The position numbers were made by a program, and so were the translations under genes. A stretch of 64,000 bases of DNA from Macrostomum lignano (Eukaryota): the NCBI GenBank assembly GCA_002269645.1, contig NIVC01002326.1, forward strand, positions 1 through 64,000, in the 5' to 3' direction. This document shows, piece after piece, positions 1-12,900 of the stretch; position 1 is the stretch's first letter; each line of letters begins with the position of its first letter. The notes under the pieces are model-generated. The model saw only the letters and a program-made list of their open reading frames with translations. It ran no database searches and was not told the origin of the DNA.

Positions 1-1978
1 ACCAAATGCAAGGAATAGGCCATCGTGTACAACGGCAGCTTATCTGGCAGCTTGACATTTTCATAACTATTTAGTAAGCGAGAATTATATGATTTTATAA
101 AGAAGAATTTGCTAACTTACTCCACCACACGTCCTGCGGTATGCCAGGCAGTGGCAGCTGTCTCTGCGCGTGAGACATCACCTGTTCTGCTACGCGCTGA
201 TTCACGAGTCTGTAAAACTAAAATGGGCAGAAGGGTGGCCGAACTAATAAGGTGTATGCAGATAGGCAATTAGCTTTGTATGGCACTTGGTAGCTAGGCA
301 CATAGGCAGTAAAAAAACTTTCTTATTGGGCTTGACCTAAGAGGCCTGGACCTTAAGGTTATTGCTAATGAGGTTAGAGGGTTATTGCTAATGAGATTAG
401 AGGGTTATTGCTATTGAGGTTAGAGGGTTATTGCTAATGAGATTAGAGGGTTATTGCTAATGAGATTAGAGGTTATTGCTAATGAGGTTAGAGGGTTATT
501 GCTAATGAGATTAGAGGGTTATTGCTAATGAGATTAGAGGGTTATTGCTATTGAGGTTAGAGGGTTATTGCTAATGAGATTAGAGGGTTATTGCTAATGA
601 GGTTAGAGGGTTATTGCTAATGAGATTAGAGGGTTATTGCTATTGAGTTAGAGGGTTATTGCTAATGAGATTAGAGGGTTATTGCTAATGAGATTAGAGG
701 GTTATTGCTAATGAGGTTAGAGGGTTATTGCTAATGAGATTAGAGGGTTATTGCTAATGAGATTAGAGGGTTATTGCTATTGAGGTTAGAGGTTATTGCT
801 AATGAGATTAGAGGGTTATTGCTAATGAGGTTAGAGGGTTATTGCTAATGAGATTAGAGGGTTATTGCTATTGAGGTTAGAGGTTATTGCTAATGAGATT
901 AGAGGGTTATTGCTAATGAGGTTAGAGGGTTATTGCTAATGAGATTAGAGGGTTATTGCTAATGAGGTTAGAGGGTTATTGCTATTGAGTTTAGAGGGTT
1001 ATTGCTATTGAGTTTAGAGGGTTATTGCTAATGAGGTTAGAGGGTTATTGCTAATGAGATTAGAGGGTTATTGCTAATGAGGTTAGAGGGTTATTGCTAA
1101 TGAGATTAGAGGGTTATTGCTAATGAGGTTAGAGGGTTATTGCTAATGAGATTAGAGGGTTATTGCTAATGAGGTTAGAGGGCCATTGTTAATGATCTTA
1201 GAGGGCCATTGTTAATGAGCTTAGAGGGCCATTGTTAATGAGCTTAGAGGGCCATTGTTAATGATCTTAGAGGGCCATTGTTAATGAGCTTAGAGGGTCA
1301 TTGTTAATGAGCTTAGAGGGCCATTGTTAATGAGCTTAGAGGGCAGTGCGACACAAATAACTTAAAACGGGCGTTTCGTAATGAGTTTAAACAATAAGAT
1401 TAGTGTGCGATTATCGAACTCACGCATAGAAAAGTTGAACAGATGCGGCCGTTTCCTTTTAACTCTCTATACGAGTTGCGCAGCGCCGATCTGCACTCGC
1501 TGTTGACGCCGGTCACAGGCAAAGCTGCTGCCCCAGCTACTGACAGCTCCTGGCTGGTGCCAGCCGCTGCAGTTTCTTGACGAGTTCGCTTCCTACTAGG
1601 AGACGCTGCAACAGCGGCCGAGGCGGCGGCAACGCCGGGCGGCGGAGCAAAAGCGGCAGCTGAGCCAGCAAGAGAACCGTCCTCCTCCATGATCAGGCAA
1701 TCGTCAATAGAGTCCTCATCCTCAATCAATAGCTGCTCCTCTTTGACGCTGCCGCTGCCAAATAGTGAGATGCTGCGGCCGCCAGCTGATTGGGCGGCGT
1801 CGAACTCAGTTTTTGGCCGAGTCGAGGCGCCATTGGCTGTGGCCTGGCTGACAGTGCCAGCGGCGGCTACTGACGATGGCAGCGGAGATGACGCAGCCGA
1901 AGATGTTGTGGCGCGGCGGCGGCGCCAGACAGGAGGCAGGCTCCGTGAGCTTCGCTCCGAGCAAATGCTCGCTCGCAT
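1..1978 (-). CDS. Unidentified multi-exon protein-coding gene, 3' end off-window; exons about 1424-1978, 121-209 and 1-66(+)
   Basis: The Ala/Ser/acidic-rich ORF 1400-1978 has a GTGAGT donor at 1423. It joins in frame to exon 121-209 (ttttacAG / GTAAGT), then across a 54-nt intron to an exon reading YENVKLPDKLPLYTMAYSLHL. No family recognised and the 5' end is uncertain. Confidence 0.55.
355..1342. repeat. 23-bp minisatellite (AGAGGGTTATTGCTAATGAGATT)n
   Basis: Period 23, drifting to an AGAGGGCCATTGTTAATGAGCTT variant at the right end; intronic. Confidence 0.95.
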
Positions 1979-3699
1979 CTGGGCTCAATAACGCCAACAA
2001 TGTGCGTGTGAAGGCCGCTGGCAATGCGGAGAGCGTGCAGCAGCTCTCTATCAGCCATGGATTCAATCAGCATCTGAGCGTTAGTAATTGTGCACTCGAA
2101 TAGTGTTAATGGAGAAAAATTGTTTGAATTGTTTGGGGCACCAGCGTTGCCGCTCAATTGCGCTACTTCGCAAGCCATTGCTGAGTTTGTTGCAGAAGCC
2201 TGGTAGAGAGCAGCTGTCAAGTGTTATGATTGGCTTTAGCGGGTTTCTATAGACAGAGGAGCTGGAATTGGCAGCAATGGTTAACCAAAAACTCAATCAG
2301 TTATGTCATTGTCATATACATGCATACATGCACAACCCCCAAAATTCGGTCGGCCGTGTGACTTAGTTTTAACAAAATGCGACGTAGTTTTTGGCCAAAA
2401 ATGCGACTTGGGTAAACTGCGTTAAACTCTGCTTGGCCAAATTGCCGTCTTGTGCTTTTGTGGGGCTGGTCACTAATTGCAGATTGTAATGCTCTTGGAA
2501 ATAGCAATTTTACTAATCTATAAGTATTCTATGTAATGTATAAATACACTATATTGTATGCAATGTATATTACTAAAAAACTCAACTAATTACAAAACTT
2601 GGAAATTGAGTATCCTAGAAAATGGTTGAGTTACTCAACAAAAAATTGTCAAGTCAGATACTCAACAGGCACAATAATAAAGTACTATAGTTAATAAGCT
2701 AAATATCTGCTAGATATTAACTTTAAAAGAAACTAACATTAACAATAACCTATAATGTTATAAATATATAGCAGAATTCAAAACTTAATATAGATAATAA
2801 TATATAAACCTTTACCTTAGCACCATAGTTTAGGTGACATATATGCCAAGATTTCTTGGCGTACAACAAGGGTCTTAGGTCTTCCTGGCTATACTAATAT
2901 ATGATTTGAACTATGGCCTCAGTAGCCTATACTCTGGATCATATAGTATATGACCAAAAATTTGGACATGCATTAGCCTTGCATGCCAAAAGTAGGCATA
3001 CACAATTGGCATATATCATTCTTACAAAAATCATGTATGCACACCTAGCATATACTTTATAAAATCAACACAGAATAGTTATTGTGAAATGGAAAAAAAG
3101 ATGAAAAAAGTTCATTTTAAGTATAATTTTCAAGCTTTACAGGTTTTTAAGCTTGTAATAAAGCATTGATTTTCCACTATGAATAATATTGCTGAAAATA
3201 TTGCTGAAATTGCTGAAAAAGCAGAAAAATAAAATAAATTATTTGCCATAAAGGTTCCATGGTATTATGCAATTCAAAAATGGAGTACTTATAGGCATGG
3301 CGGCCATGTCTATAATATTTGAGCTTATAGGCATGGCTATTATCATCAATATAAAATGCATGTTCTATAGGGCTCTCTTATAAGCAAATGGTGGCTTAGT
3401 AGATATGTCAATTGCCTTGTGATTGGGTGTAGGAAGGTTTAAATCCCAAGAGGTTGGTGTTTTTTAATTCAAAATTTTTTTAGCAAACAGATTTTTTTCC
3501 ATCTATAACTTTTTAAGTTTTTTATAAAAAAAAAAAAATTAAATTAAATTTTTTAATAAGAATAATTTGCTAAATCCTAGTGCAGCCGCAAATATATACA
3601 TAGCCCATAGTCAGGAAGGTGGCCTTTGCCATGGAAAATTCTAGCACAATACAAGGGGTCCTTGGCACATAATCATGGTGCACACTAAGGTCCCTGGCA

Positions 3700-4421
3700 C
3701 CCTATTGGAATAAGTTGACAAAACGCGGACAACCGTCCGTCACATTTTGGGATTCTACTGGTGTCACGTTGCGCGACAGTGGTTTCAAGTAGTGTGTCGC
3801 GTTGCGTGACACTGTGGAAACCTGGTGTCGTCATGCGTCGCAAATGCGACACAACAATGTGACAACTTGGCGGCTAGCATTGTCATGTATCGCGTTGCGG
3901 CCTGGATCTGTAGCCAAAACCTCACAAACTGTGTTTCATTATAATAATATGTTCATGGTTGTTTCTTGGTATTTAAATGTTTCAAACATGTTTGATAATA
4001 ACTAGTTCTTGATTTGTTCTTTTTCATTTTGACTGTAAAGTAACTAATACTTCAAATATATTTTTTAGAAATGTTACTTTGTTAGTTACAATGTGTGCGC
4101 TGTTTTTCTAAGTGTTGTACCTTTGTTGTTTCACTGTTTTTTTTATTTCATTTCTTTTTCCACAAAATTGAAAGGAATACTCTTGTCCCACACCCCATTG
4201 TCTTGGTGTCGGGGTATTGGGAGTGAACGGCAGAATGGGAATTGTCAATTGCAATGTGGCTGCTATGGCGTCCTCTACCCCCGGTCATTTGGTCAACAGA
4301 CACCAATGTTGCGTCGCCGCCCCCTAGTCAACAAAATTTGGTGTCGCATTGCGCTTTTAAGGGCACAATTTTGGCACCTGTGTTGCGCGTCTATGGGTTT
4401 TTGAAACTTATTCCAATAGGG
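3700..4421. mobile_element. MITE-like non-autonomous DNA transposon (about 720 bp)
   Basis: Perfect 17-bp terminal inverted repeats: CCCTATTGGAATAAGTT at 3700-3716 and AACTTATTCCAATAGGG at 4405-4421. Subterminal GTGTCGC/GCGACAC-like motifs; no transposase; no clear TSD. Confidence 0.65.
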
Positions 4422-6602
4422 CCCTAGTGCATGCGGCGCATAATCATGGCGCACACTAAGGTCCCTGACAAATACAGTGCTATGCACAACTTCAAATCAG
4501 AATAGAATCTTTATTAGCATAAAACTGGCATAGCATATTGAGTCTGCATGAATTCTAAGAATTTTGTAAATTTGTCATAAAATATGTAATTTACATAAAA
4601 TACATAAAATAAAGGCATAGACTTCTTGCACAAATGGCGCAAAGATGGCACAAAAATGGTGCATAAACAGCACACAGATTGTCCTAAAAATTTATTCTGG
4701 CACACATTGTATCACCTTCTTGACTATGGTGTATAGCTATATCTATAAGTTTTTAAACTTACAGATTATTATAAATTTTATATTATAAGAAGTTTGCCAC
4801 ATTTTTGTTTATGCTGTTTAGTTATTGCTAGATTTTCATTTATTCTCAAGTTGCTTAATTACACATTTAGTAAGGCTATATATTGTTTAACTTATGACAA
4901 AGTGCAAGCAATATGAATCAAAATTTTTTTTAGTAGCTACATATATAATTGTAGCCACCCTTTAAGATTTAGTGTTACTCTTCCCACTGTGTCTTTAAGT
5001 GTGAACCTATTCACTTCACTATTAACAATATAGCCTGGCTGCTATGCAAGTTTCATTGACACAATAGTTGTGTCTAATAATAACTAAGTCTATAGGTCTA
5101 TTTATAGACATGGCAACCATGTCTATAATGCAGAAACTTATATACACAGCAGCCATGTCTATAAATATGGACCTAGTCACTATTAGAGACACAGCTGCCA
5201 TGTTTATAAGTTTCTGCATTCTAGACACAGCCACTTGGTCTATAGTCTTAGTGTGGCAATTCAAAAGGTCATTCATTGTCATAATATAAAAAGGTCATTA
5301 ATTGTTGCAACATTAGCATAGTTTTGAGAATGGATAGCCTATGCATTCGATTTTGGCATGCATTTATATTTATTAAATTTTTGTTTGGGTGTGCACCTAG
5401 TGTGATCTGGACTATGGTCTAATTTGGTATATAGGGCCTATTAGATGTAAAATTATAATCTTAAATAGAAAACTAAGGCACTAGCTAGTATTGGTTACAA
5501 AAATCAAAATTGAATAAAAACTATAAATATTTTAACGTCACTGGTACAGGAATAAAAAGTCTCTCTCTCATCAATTCTCTTCATCCCAATCTCTATATCT
5601 CTTTATCTCAATCTCTGATAATACTATATCTTCTTTACCAAACTATCGAGTTTTGCTTTCTAGGATAGCTTTAGAATGGTAGGGCCTAACCAATAACATT
5701 GGGCCTAGTTTTGGTAATGATAGTTAATTATAGTCAAGGTAATCAATTTACATGAGGCCTATTACTTTAGGCCCCTACCCTAGCCTATGTATGAAAGTGT
5801 ATTGAAGTTGATAAATCTTTGATTGAATCTTATTTACAAAACGAAAAGGCGTTATTGTACTAAATTATTTCTTAATTTTAATACTCCTTTCAATAAAGAA
5901 CAGTCGTATTATACTTTTACACGTTTCTGTAGATAACATCAAGCACACTTAATAAACCATACAATCATACACACCTTTACCATAAAGTTTTCTTTATTCG
6001 TAGAATATAATTTTTGTGCATTTGAAACCTACTCGTCTAATTGGACAATGCACCTTGCAGAAATCAGACGTATAACAAAATAAGAGTAGTAAATATTTTT
6101 TTTCAGGATTAGGAATGATATAGATTTCGTTTAAGGTTGAAAAAATAATAAAGTGTAGAGAATAATAACTAAAAATATTTTAATATCTTTTTGCACATTT
6201 ATAGTTAAAATGATATACAAGTGTCTGATACACTACTGTAAATGGACCGTACCGTACAGTTTATTATTTTTTATTTATAGCTATCAAATGAATTTAAGTG
6301 ATTTATTAACTGTTTAATGCGTTTTTCCTTTACTGGGGAGTTTTAAATAGTACTTACTCAGTGTCTACTTTTTACGCAAGATAAGCGCAAGAGTAATACT
6401 AATACTTTATTACTGCGTTTACGCGACCGATATCACGATATGTTGTGTAGTATGTTTAATGTAGCATAAATTTGTATGTTAAATTTTTAATTTTTAAGGA
6501 TGGCAAGTAACTCCACAAATAATATATTAATGTTTAATGATATGAATAGCGATTGGAATACTTTTGATATTTATGAAACAAAAAGAATTTAAAAATTTCA
6601 GT

Positions 6603-6684
6603 CGACGAGGATGGGATTCGAACCCACGCGGGGAAACCCCAATGGATTAGCAGTCCATCGCCATAACCACTCGGCCACCTCGTC
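6603..6684 (-). tRNA. tRNA-Ser-GCT: tRNA-Ser (anticodon GCT)
   Basis: Minus strand reads GACGAGGTGGCCGAGTGGTTATGGCGATGGACTGCTAATCCATTGGGGTTTCCCCGCGTGGGTTCGAATCCCATCCTCGTCG. It has a 7-bp acceptor stem, A and B boxes, a GCT anticodon loop and a long variable arm, and is followed by T-runs (Pol III terminator). Confidence 0.97.
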
Positions 6685-6952
6685 TAACTCCGTGGGCTTA
6701 ATTTTTTAAAATATAACTTAAACGTAAAATATTTTTTTCTGCTGCGCAAGCCGGGACGAAGGATGCATAAAATACGATTTGATAGCTTTTGCTATTTTGA
6801 CAAATGGCACGTGGGAGCTCCAGCAAAAAGGCAAGGCTGAAGCAAAATCATTTAGAGCTGAAAAATTCTGTCACATCACACTCAGTCTCTTCTCTATATC
6901 TGGCCTGGCGTCACATTCCCGATCTGAACTGACCCTGCCCCTGCCCTGCTCG

Positions 6953-9900
6953 TCAAGCCTGCTCTTCGTTGCTGGATTCCCCAACCTTCTCCTTATCAGT
7001 CCGACTATTTGGTAAATCTTCTAGTGTTAATTCTTCAGCTGTATTGGTAGGCTGCTCAGATGCCGATGCCGGCTTATTGGGATCACAGAAGGCGCAGACA
7101 CCGCTGGTGCCCGCGTCGCCGATCGACTCAATGTCGCCGTTGCCAGCTTCGCCTTCCCGCCGAGTGTCTGGAACTGACGAGTCGGGTCTAGGCGACTGAT
7201 TAGTCAGCTTAGCAACCAACTGATTGTCGCCGTTGGATTGCGCAATTTGGGTGCCCTTCTCCATGCCCACCTGTACGGCATTGATTAGCCCGGAGACGAA
7301 CACCATACCCAGGAATATCCACACGGCCAAGCTGAACCTGTACACGTCTGATGAGTACGTCTGACCTGTGAGTGAGCAATAGCGAGTATTAACACCAGTT
7401 TTGAGTTTAGATGTTTGGACTAAAAATGTGAGACTGGACTGTTGGTGAACAAAAATACAAGCTTTACCTGGATCTGTTTTTACGGCTGCTATCTATGATT
7501 GGCTGCTATCTTTGATTGGCTGCTATCTTTGATTGGCTGCTATCTATGATTGGCTGCTATCTATGATTGGCTGCTATCTTTGATTGGCTGCTATCTATGA
7601 TTGGCTGCTATCTTTGATTGGCTGCTATCTTTGATTGGCTGCTATCTATGATTGGCTGCTATCTTTGATTGGCTGCTATCTATGATTGGCTGCTATCTTT
7701 AATAAGCTGCTATCTGCGATTGGCTGCTACCTTTGATTGGCTGCTATCTTTTATTGGCTGCTATCTATGATTGGCTGCTATCTTTGATTGGCTGCTATCT
7801 ATAATTGGCTGCTATCTTTGATTGGCTGCTATCTATGATTGGCTGCTATCTTTGATTGGCTGCTATCTTTAATAGGCTGCTATCTGCGATTGGCTGCTAT
7901 CTTTGATTGGCTGCTATCTTTGATTGGCTGCTATCTATGATTGGCTGCTATCTTTGATTGGCTGCTATCTATGATTGGCTGCTATCTTTGATAGGCTGCT
8001 ATCTGCGATTGGCTGCTATCTTTGATTGGCTGCTATCTATGATTGGCTGCTATCTTTGATTGGCTGCTATCTTTAATAGGCTGCTATCTGCGATTGGCTG
8101 CTATCTTTGATTGGCTGCTATCTTTGATTGGCTGCTATCTATGATTGGCTGCTATCTTTGATTGGCTGCTATCTATGATTGGCTGCTATCTTTGATAGGC
8201 TGCTATCTGCGATTGGCTGCTATCTTTGATTGGCTGCTATCTATGATTGGCTGCTATCTTTGATTGGCTGCTATCTATGATTGGCTGCTATCTGTTATTG
8301 GCTGCTATCTTTGATTAGCTGCTATCTGTGATTAGCAGCTATCTGTGACTGCCTGCCATCATAGAATAGAAATGGGTCTACAGTGCAATTTTTGTTGGCT
8401 AAGCATCAACCTTCATCTCTGATATCGCCGTGACATGCTGTGTGTAGTGCATTGTAAAATTACTTAGATTATAATTATTCAAATTACACACTAGTACAGA
8501 TGTACTTCTATTTCTGGTACATCTAAAGACCAGAAACAGAGCGCTGAGTGCAAGACTAAAAGAAACAGTTAAGAAAACCCTGGTGCACACCCAATGCATC
8601 CCTAAGCCTCTGTTTCATCAAATTCTCTGCAAGCCGCATTGAGTGAGAGAAAAAACCAATAATAAGAGTAGCCAAGAGGTCCCATCCCCAATTCAAGCCC
8701 GATATTCAGGGCTGGAGTGGCATCATCTCAAATAGTGTTAAGGTGTGTATTTACGACTCTCAAGCTGTCTTGTTTTGAACAGGCTGAATGATACAGGTAC
8801 AATTCTGATGTTTTCCGAAAATGAAGCTCCCAATTTCAATGAAAATTCCCACATGTGCATTTCCAGGGGTGCCATTCCCAGCTAGGAGTGCCATTACAGG
8901 GGCGCCATTCCCAGCTAGGGGTGCCATTCCCAGCTAGGGGTGCCATTCCCAGCTAGGGGTGCCATTCCCAGCTAGGGGTGCCATTCCCAGCTAGGGGTGC
9001 CATTCCCAGCTAGGGGTGCCATTCCCAGCTAGGGGTGCCATTCCCAGCTAGGGGTGCCATTCCCAGCTAGGGGTGCCATTCCCAGCTAGGGGTGCCATTC
9101 CCAGAGGTACCATTTCCAGGGGTGCCATTCCCAGCTAGGGTGCCATTCCAGGGGCGCCATTGAGCTAGGGGTGCCATTCCCAGAGGTAGGCCATTTCCAG
9201 GGGTGCCATTTACAAGGGTGCCATTTCCAGGGGTGCCATTTCCAGGGGTGCCATTTCCAGGGGTGCCATTTCCAGGGGTGCCATTTCCAGGGGTGCCATT
9301 TCCAGGGGTGCCGCCCACTTAGCTAGTATTCGGGCAGCTCTTGACCGCGCAGTCTCCTGACTTACCGGCAACATAGTCACCGAATCCTATGGTGGACAGG
9401 GTCACCAGGCTGTAGTACACGCCCACCTCGAGGCTCCAGCCCTCGGTGGCGGTAAACACAGAGGCTGGCACGATGAAGAATATCACCAAGCCGATCAGGG
9501 TGTACACCACTGAGGTGGCAGCTTTGGGAAGTCGGCCGCGGTTGCGCCAGCAGGACAACCGGTGGAGTCGCAGCTGGACGCCTTTCACTCGGTCGGCGAT
9601 GCCGCTGAGGAACACCGCCAGCATGGGGATGCCGATCAGGGCGTACACACAGCAGATGGACTGGCCAGCCGGGGTGGTCGGCGACAGGTTGCCGTAGCCG
9701 ATGGTGGTGATTACGGTGAGGCAGAAGAACACGGAGCCCGGATAGTCCCACTTAGACGGCGGCGCGGTCAGCGAACCGTTCTCGCCCAGACTGAAGCCGG
9801 TGCGAAAAGCTTTGCTAACCCGAGTGAGCAGTTGGCTTAGATTTTTCGAATCGATGCCGGGATTCTGGGCTAGAATGAGATTGGGAAGTAAACCAGCCAA

Positions 9901-12900
9901 TCAGCAATCGACCTTGACATGGAGTGAGGTGTCTGGCTGCCTAGTGTAAGGAAGGAAAGAACGGAATATACAAATCGAGGGAGGCATGGCAGAGTACTTT
10001 TGCACCAGCCAATCAGCGAGCGACCTTTACATGGAGTGAGGTGTCTGGCTGCCTAGTGTAAGGAAGGAAAGAACGGAATATACAAATCGAGGGAGGCATG
10101 GCAGAGTACTTTTGCACCAGCCAATCAGCGAGCGACCTTTACATGGAGTGAGGTGGCTGGCTGCATAGGGGAAGGAAGGAATGAATGGAATACACAGAAG
10201 AGAGGCATGGCAGAGTAGTTTTGCACCAGCCAATCAGAGAGCGACCTTGACATGAAGTGAGGTGGCTACAATTGGAAATGGCTGAAACTGAAAAGAATGG
10301 GTGGGAGCAATAAATTCACATTAACATAACTTACCAAGAAACTCATTGAGAGCTACCCTGACTCCATCGTGACTGGATGATTCGTTCGACTGCTCTAAAA
10401 ATTGAAAAAGCACTCCACCGAGAAGCAGGTAGGCAAAAACTAAAACGCCCATCATCAGCATGGTTCGCCAGTTCATGCTGCTGACAACTGGCTCTGCGGG
10501 TAATAGATGGGATTCTAAGATAGACGATGAGGCTGCAGCATAAGTCTAGATTCTAGATCCTAGATTCCAGAATAGAAACTAGACTCTAGAATAGAAACAA
10601 TGGAGCCTCTAGGATAGAAACTATGGAGACCATAGAAAAGAAACTAGAGACTGTAGGATAGAAACTATAGAGACTCTACGAAAGAAACTATAAAGACTAC
10701 AAACTATAAAACTAGGATAGAAACTATAGAGACACTAGGATAGAAACTATAGAGACTCTCGGATAGAAACTATAGAGACTCTAGGATAGAAACTAGGTAC
10801 ACTATAGTCTATAGTCAATAGAGACACTAGGTTAGAAACTAGAGACTATAGGATAGAAACTATAGAGACACTAGGATAGAAACTATAGATACACTAGGAA
10901 AGAAACTATAGATACACTAGGATAGAAACTATAGATACACTAGGATATAAACGATAGAGACACTAGGATAGAAACTATAGAGACACTAGGATAGAAACTA
11001 TAGAGACACTAGGATAGAAACTATAGAGACACTAGGATAGAAACTATAGATACACTAGGATAGAAACTATAGAGACACTAGGATAGAAACTATAGAGACA
11101 CTAGGATATAAACTATAGATACACTAGGATATAAACTATAGAGACACTAGGATATAAACTATAGATACACTAGGATAGAAACTATAGAGACACTAGGATA
11201 GAAACTATAGAGACACTAGGATAGAAACTATAGATACACTAGGATATAAACTATAGATACACTAGGATATAAACTATAGATACACTAGGATAGAAACTAT
11301 AGAGACACTAGGATAGAAACTATAGAGACACTAGGATAGAAACTATAGATACACTAGGATAGAAACTATAGAGACACTATGATAGAAACTATAGAGACAC
11401 TAGGATAGAAACTATAGAGACAGTAGGATAGAAACTATAGAGACACTAGGAAAGAAACTATAGAGACACTAGGATAGAAACTATAGAGACACTAGGATAG
11501 AAACTATAGAGACAGTAGGATAGAAACTATAGAGACACTAGGAAAGAAACTATAGAGACACTAGGATAGAAACTATAGATACACTAGGAAAGAAACTATA
11601 GATACACTAAGATAGAAACTATAGAGACACTAGGATATAAACTATAGATACACTAGGAGAGAAACTATAGAGACACTAGGATATAAACTATAGAGACACT
11701 AGGATAGAAACTATAGAGACACTAGGATAGAAACTATAGAGACAGTAGGATAGAAACTATAGAGACACTAGGAAAGAAACTATAGAGACACTAGGATAGA
11801 AACTATAGATACACTAGGAAAGAAACTATAGATACACTAAGATAGAAACTATAGAGACACTAGGATATAAACTATAGATACACTAGGAGAGAAACTATAG
11901 AGACACTAGGATATAAACTATAGAGACACTAGGATAGAAACTATAGAGACACTAGGATAGAAACTATAGAGACACTAGGATAGAAACTATAGAGACACTA
12001 GGATAGAAACTATAGATACACTAGGATAGAAACTATAGAGACACTATGATAGAAACTATAGAGACACTAGGATAGAAACTATAGAGACAGTAGGATAGAA
12101 ACTATAGAGACACTAGGAAAGAAACTATAGAGACACTAGGATAGAAACTATAGAGACACTAGGATAGAAACTATAGAGACAGTAGGATAGAAACTATAGA
12201 GACACTAGGAAAGAAACTATAGAGACACTAGGATAGAAACTATAGATACACTAGGAAAGAAACTATAGATACACTAAGATAGAAACTATAGAGACACTAG
12301 GATATAAACTATAGATACACTAGGAGAGAAACTATAGAGACACTAGGATATAAACTATAGATACACTAGGATAGAAACTATAGAGACACTAGGATAGAAA
12401 CTATAGAGACACTAGGTTAGAAACTATAGAGACACTAGGATAGAAACTATAGAGACTCTCGGATAGAAACTATAGAGACTCTAGGATAGAAACTAGGTAC
12501 ACTATAGTCTATAGTCAATAGAGACACTAGGATAGAAACTAGAGACTATAGGATAGAAACTATAGAGACACTAGGATAGAAACTATAGATACACTAGGAT
12601 AGAAACTATAGATACACTAGGATATAAACGATAGAGACACTAGGATAGAAACTATAGAGACACTAGGATAGAAACTATAGAGACACTAGGATAGAAAATA
12701 TAGAGACACTAGGATAGAAACTATAGAGACACTAGGATAGAAACTATAGATACACTAGGATAGAAACTATAGAGACACTAGGATAGAAACTATAGAGACA
12801 CTAGGATAGAAACTATAGATACACTAGGATAGAAACTATAGAGACACTAGGAAAGAAACTATAGAGACACTAGGATATAAACTATAGAGACACTAGGAAA

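Noticed and set aside
1424-1500. Nse4/EID3 assignment for the first gene
   Set aside because: Only a short CR..LR..YREL resemblance; the following exons do not match what I recall of Nse4.
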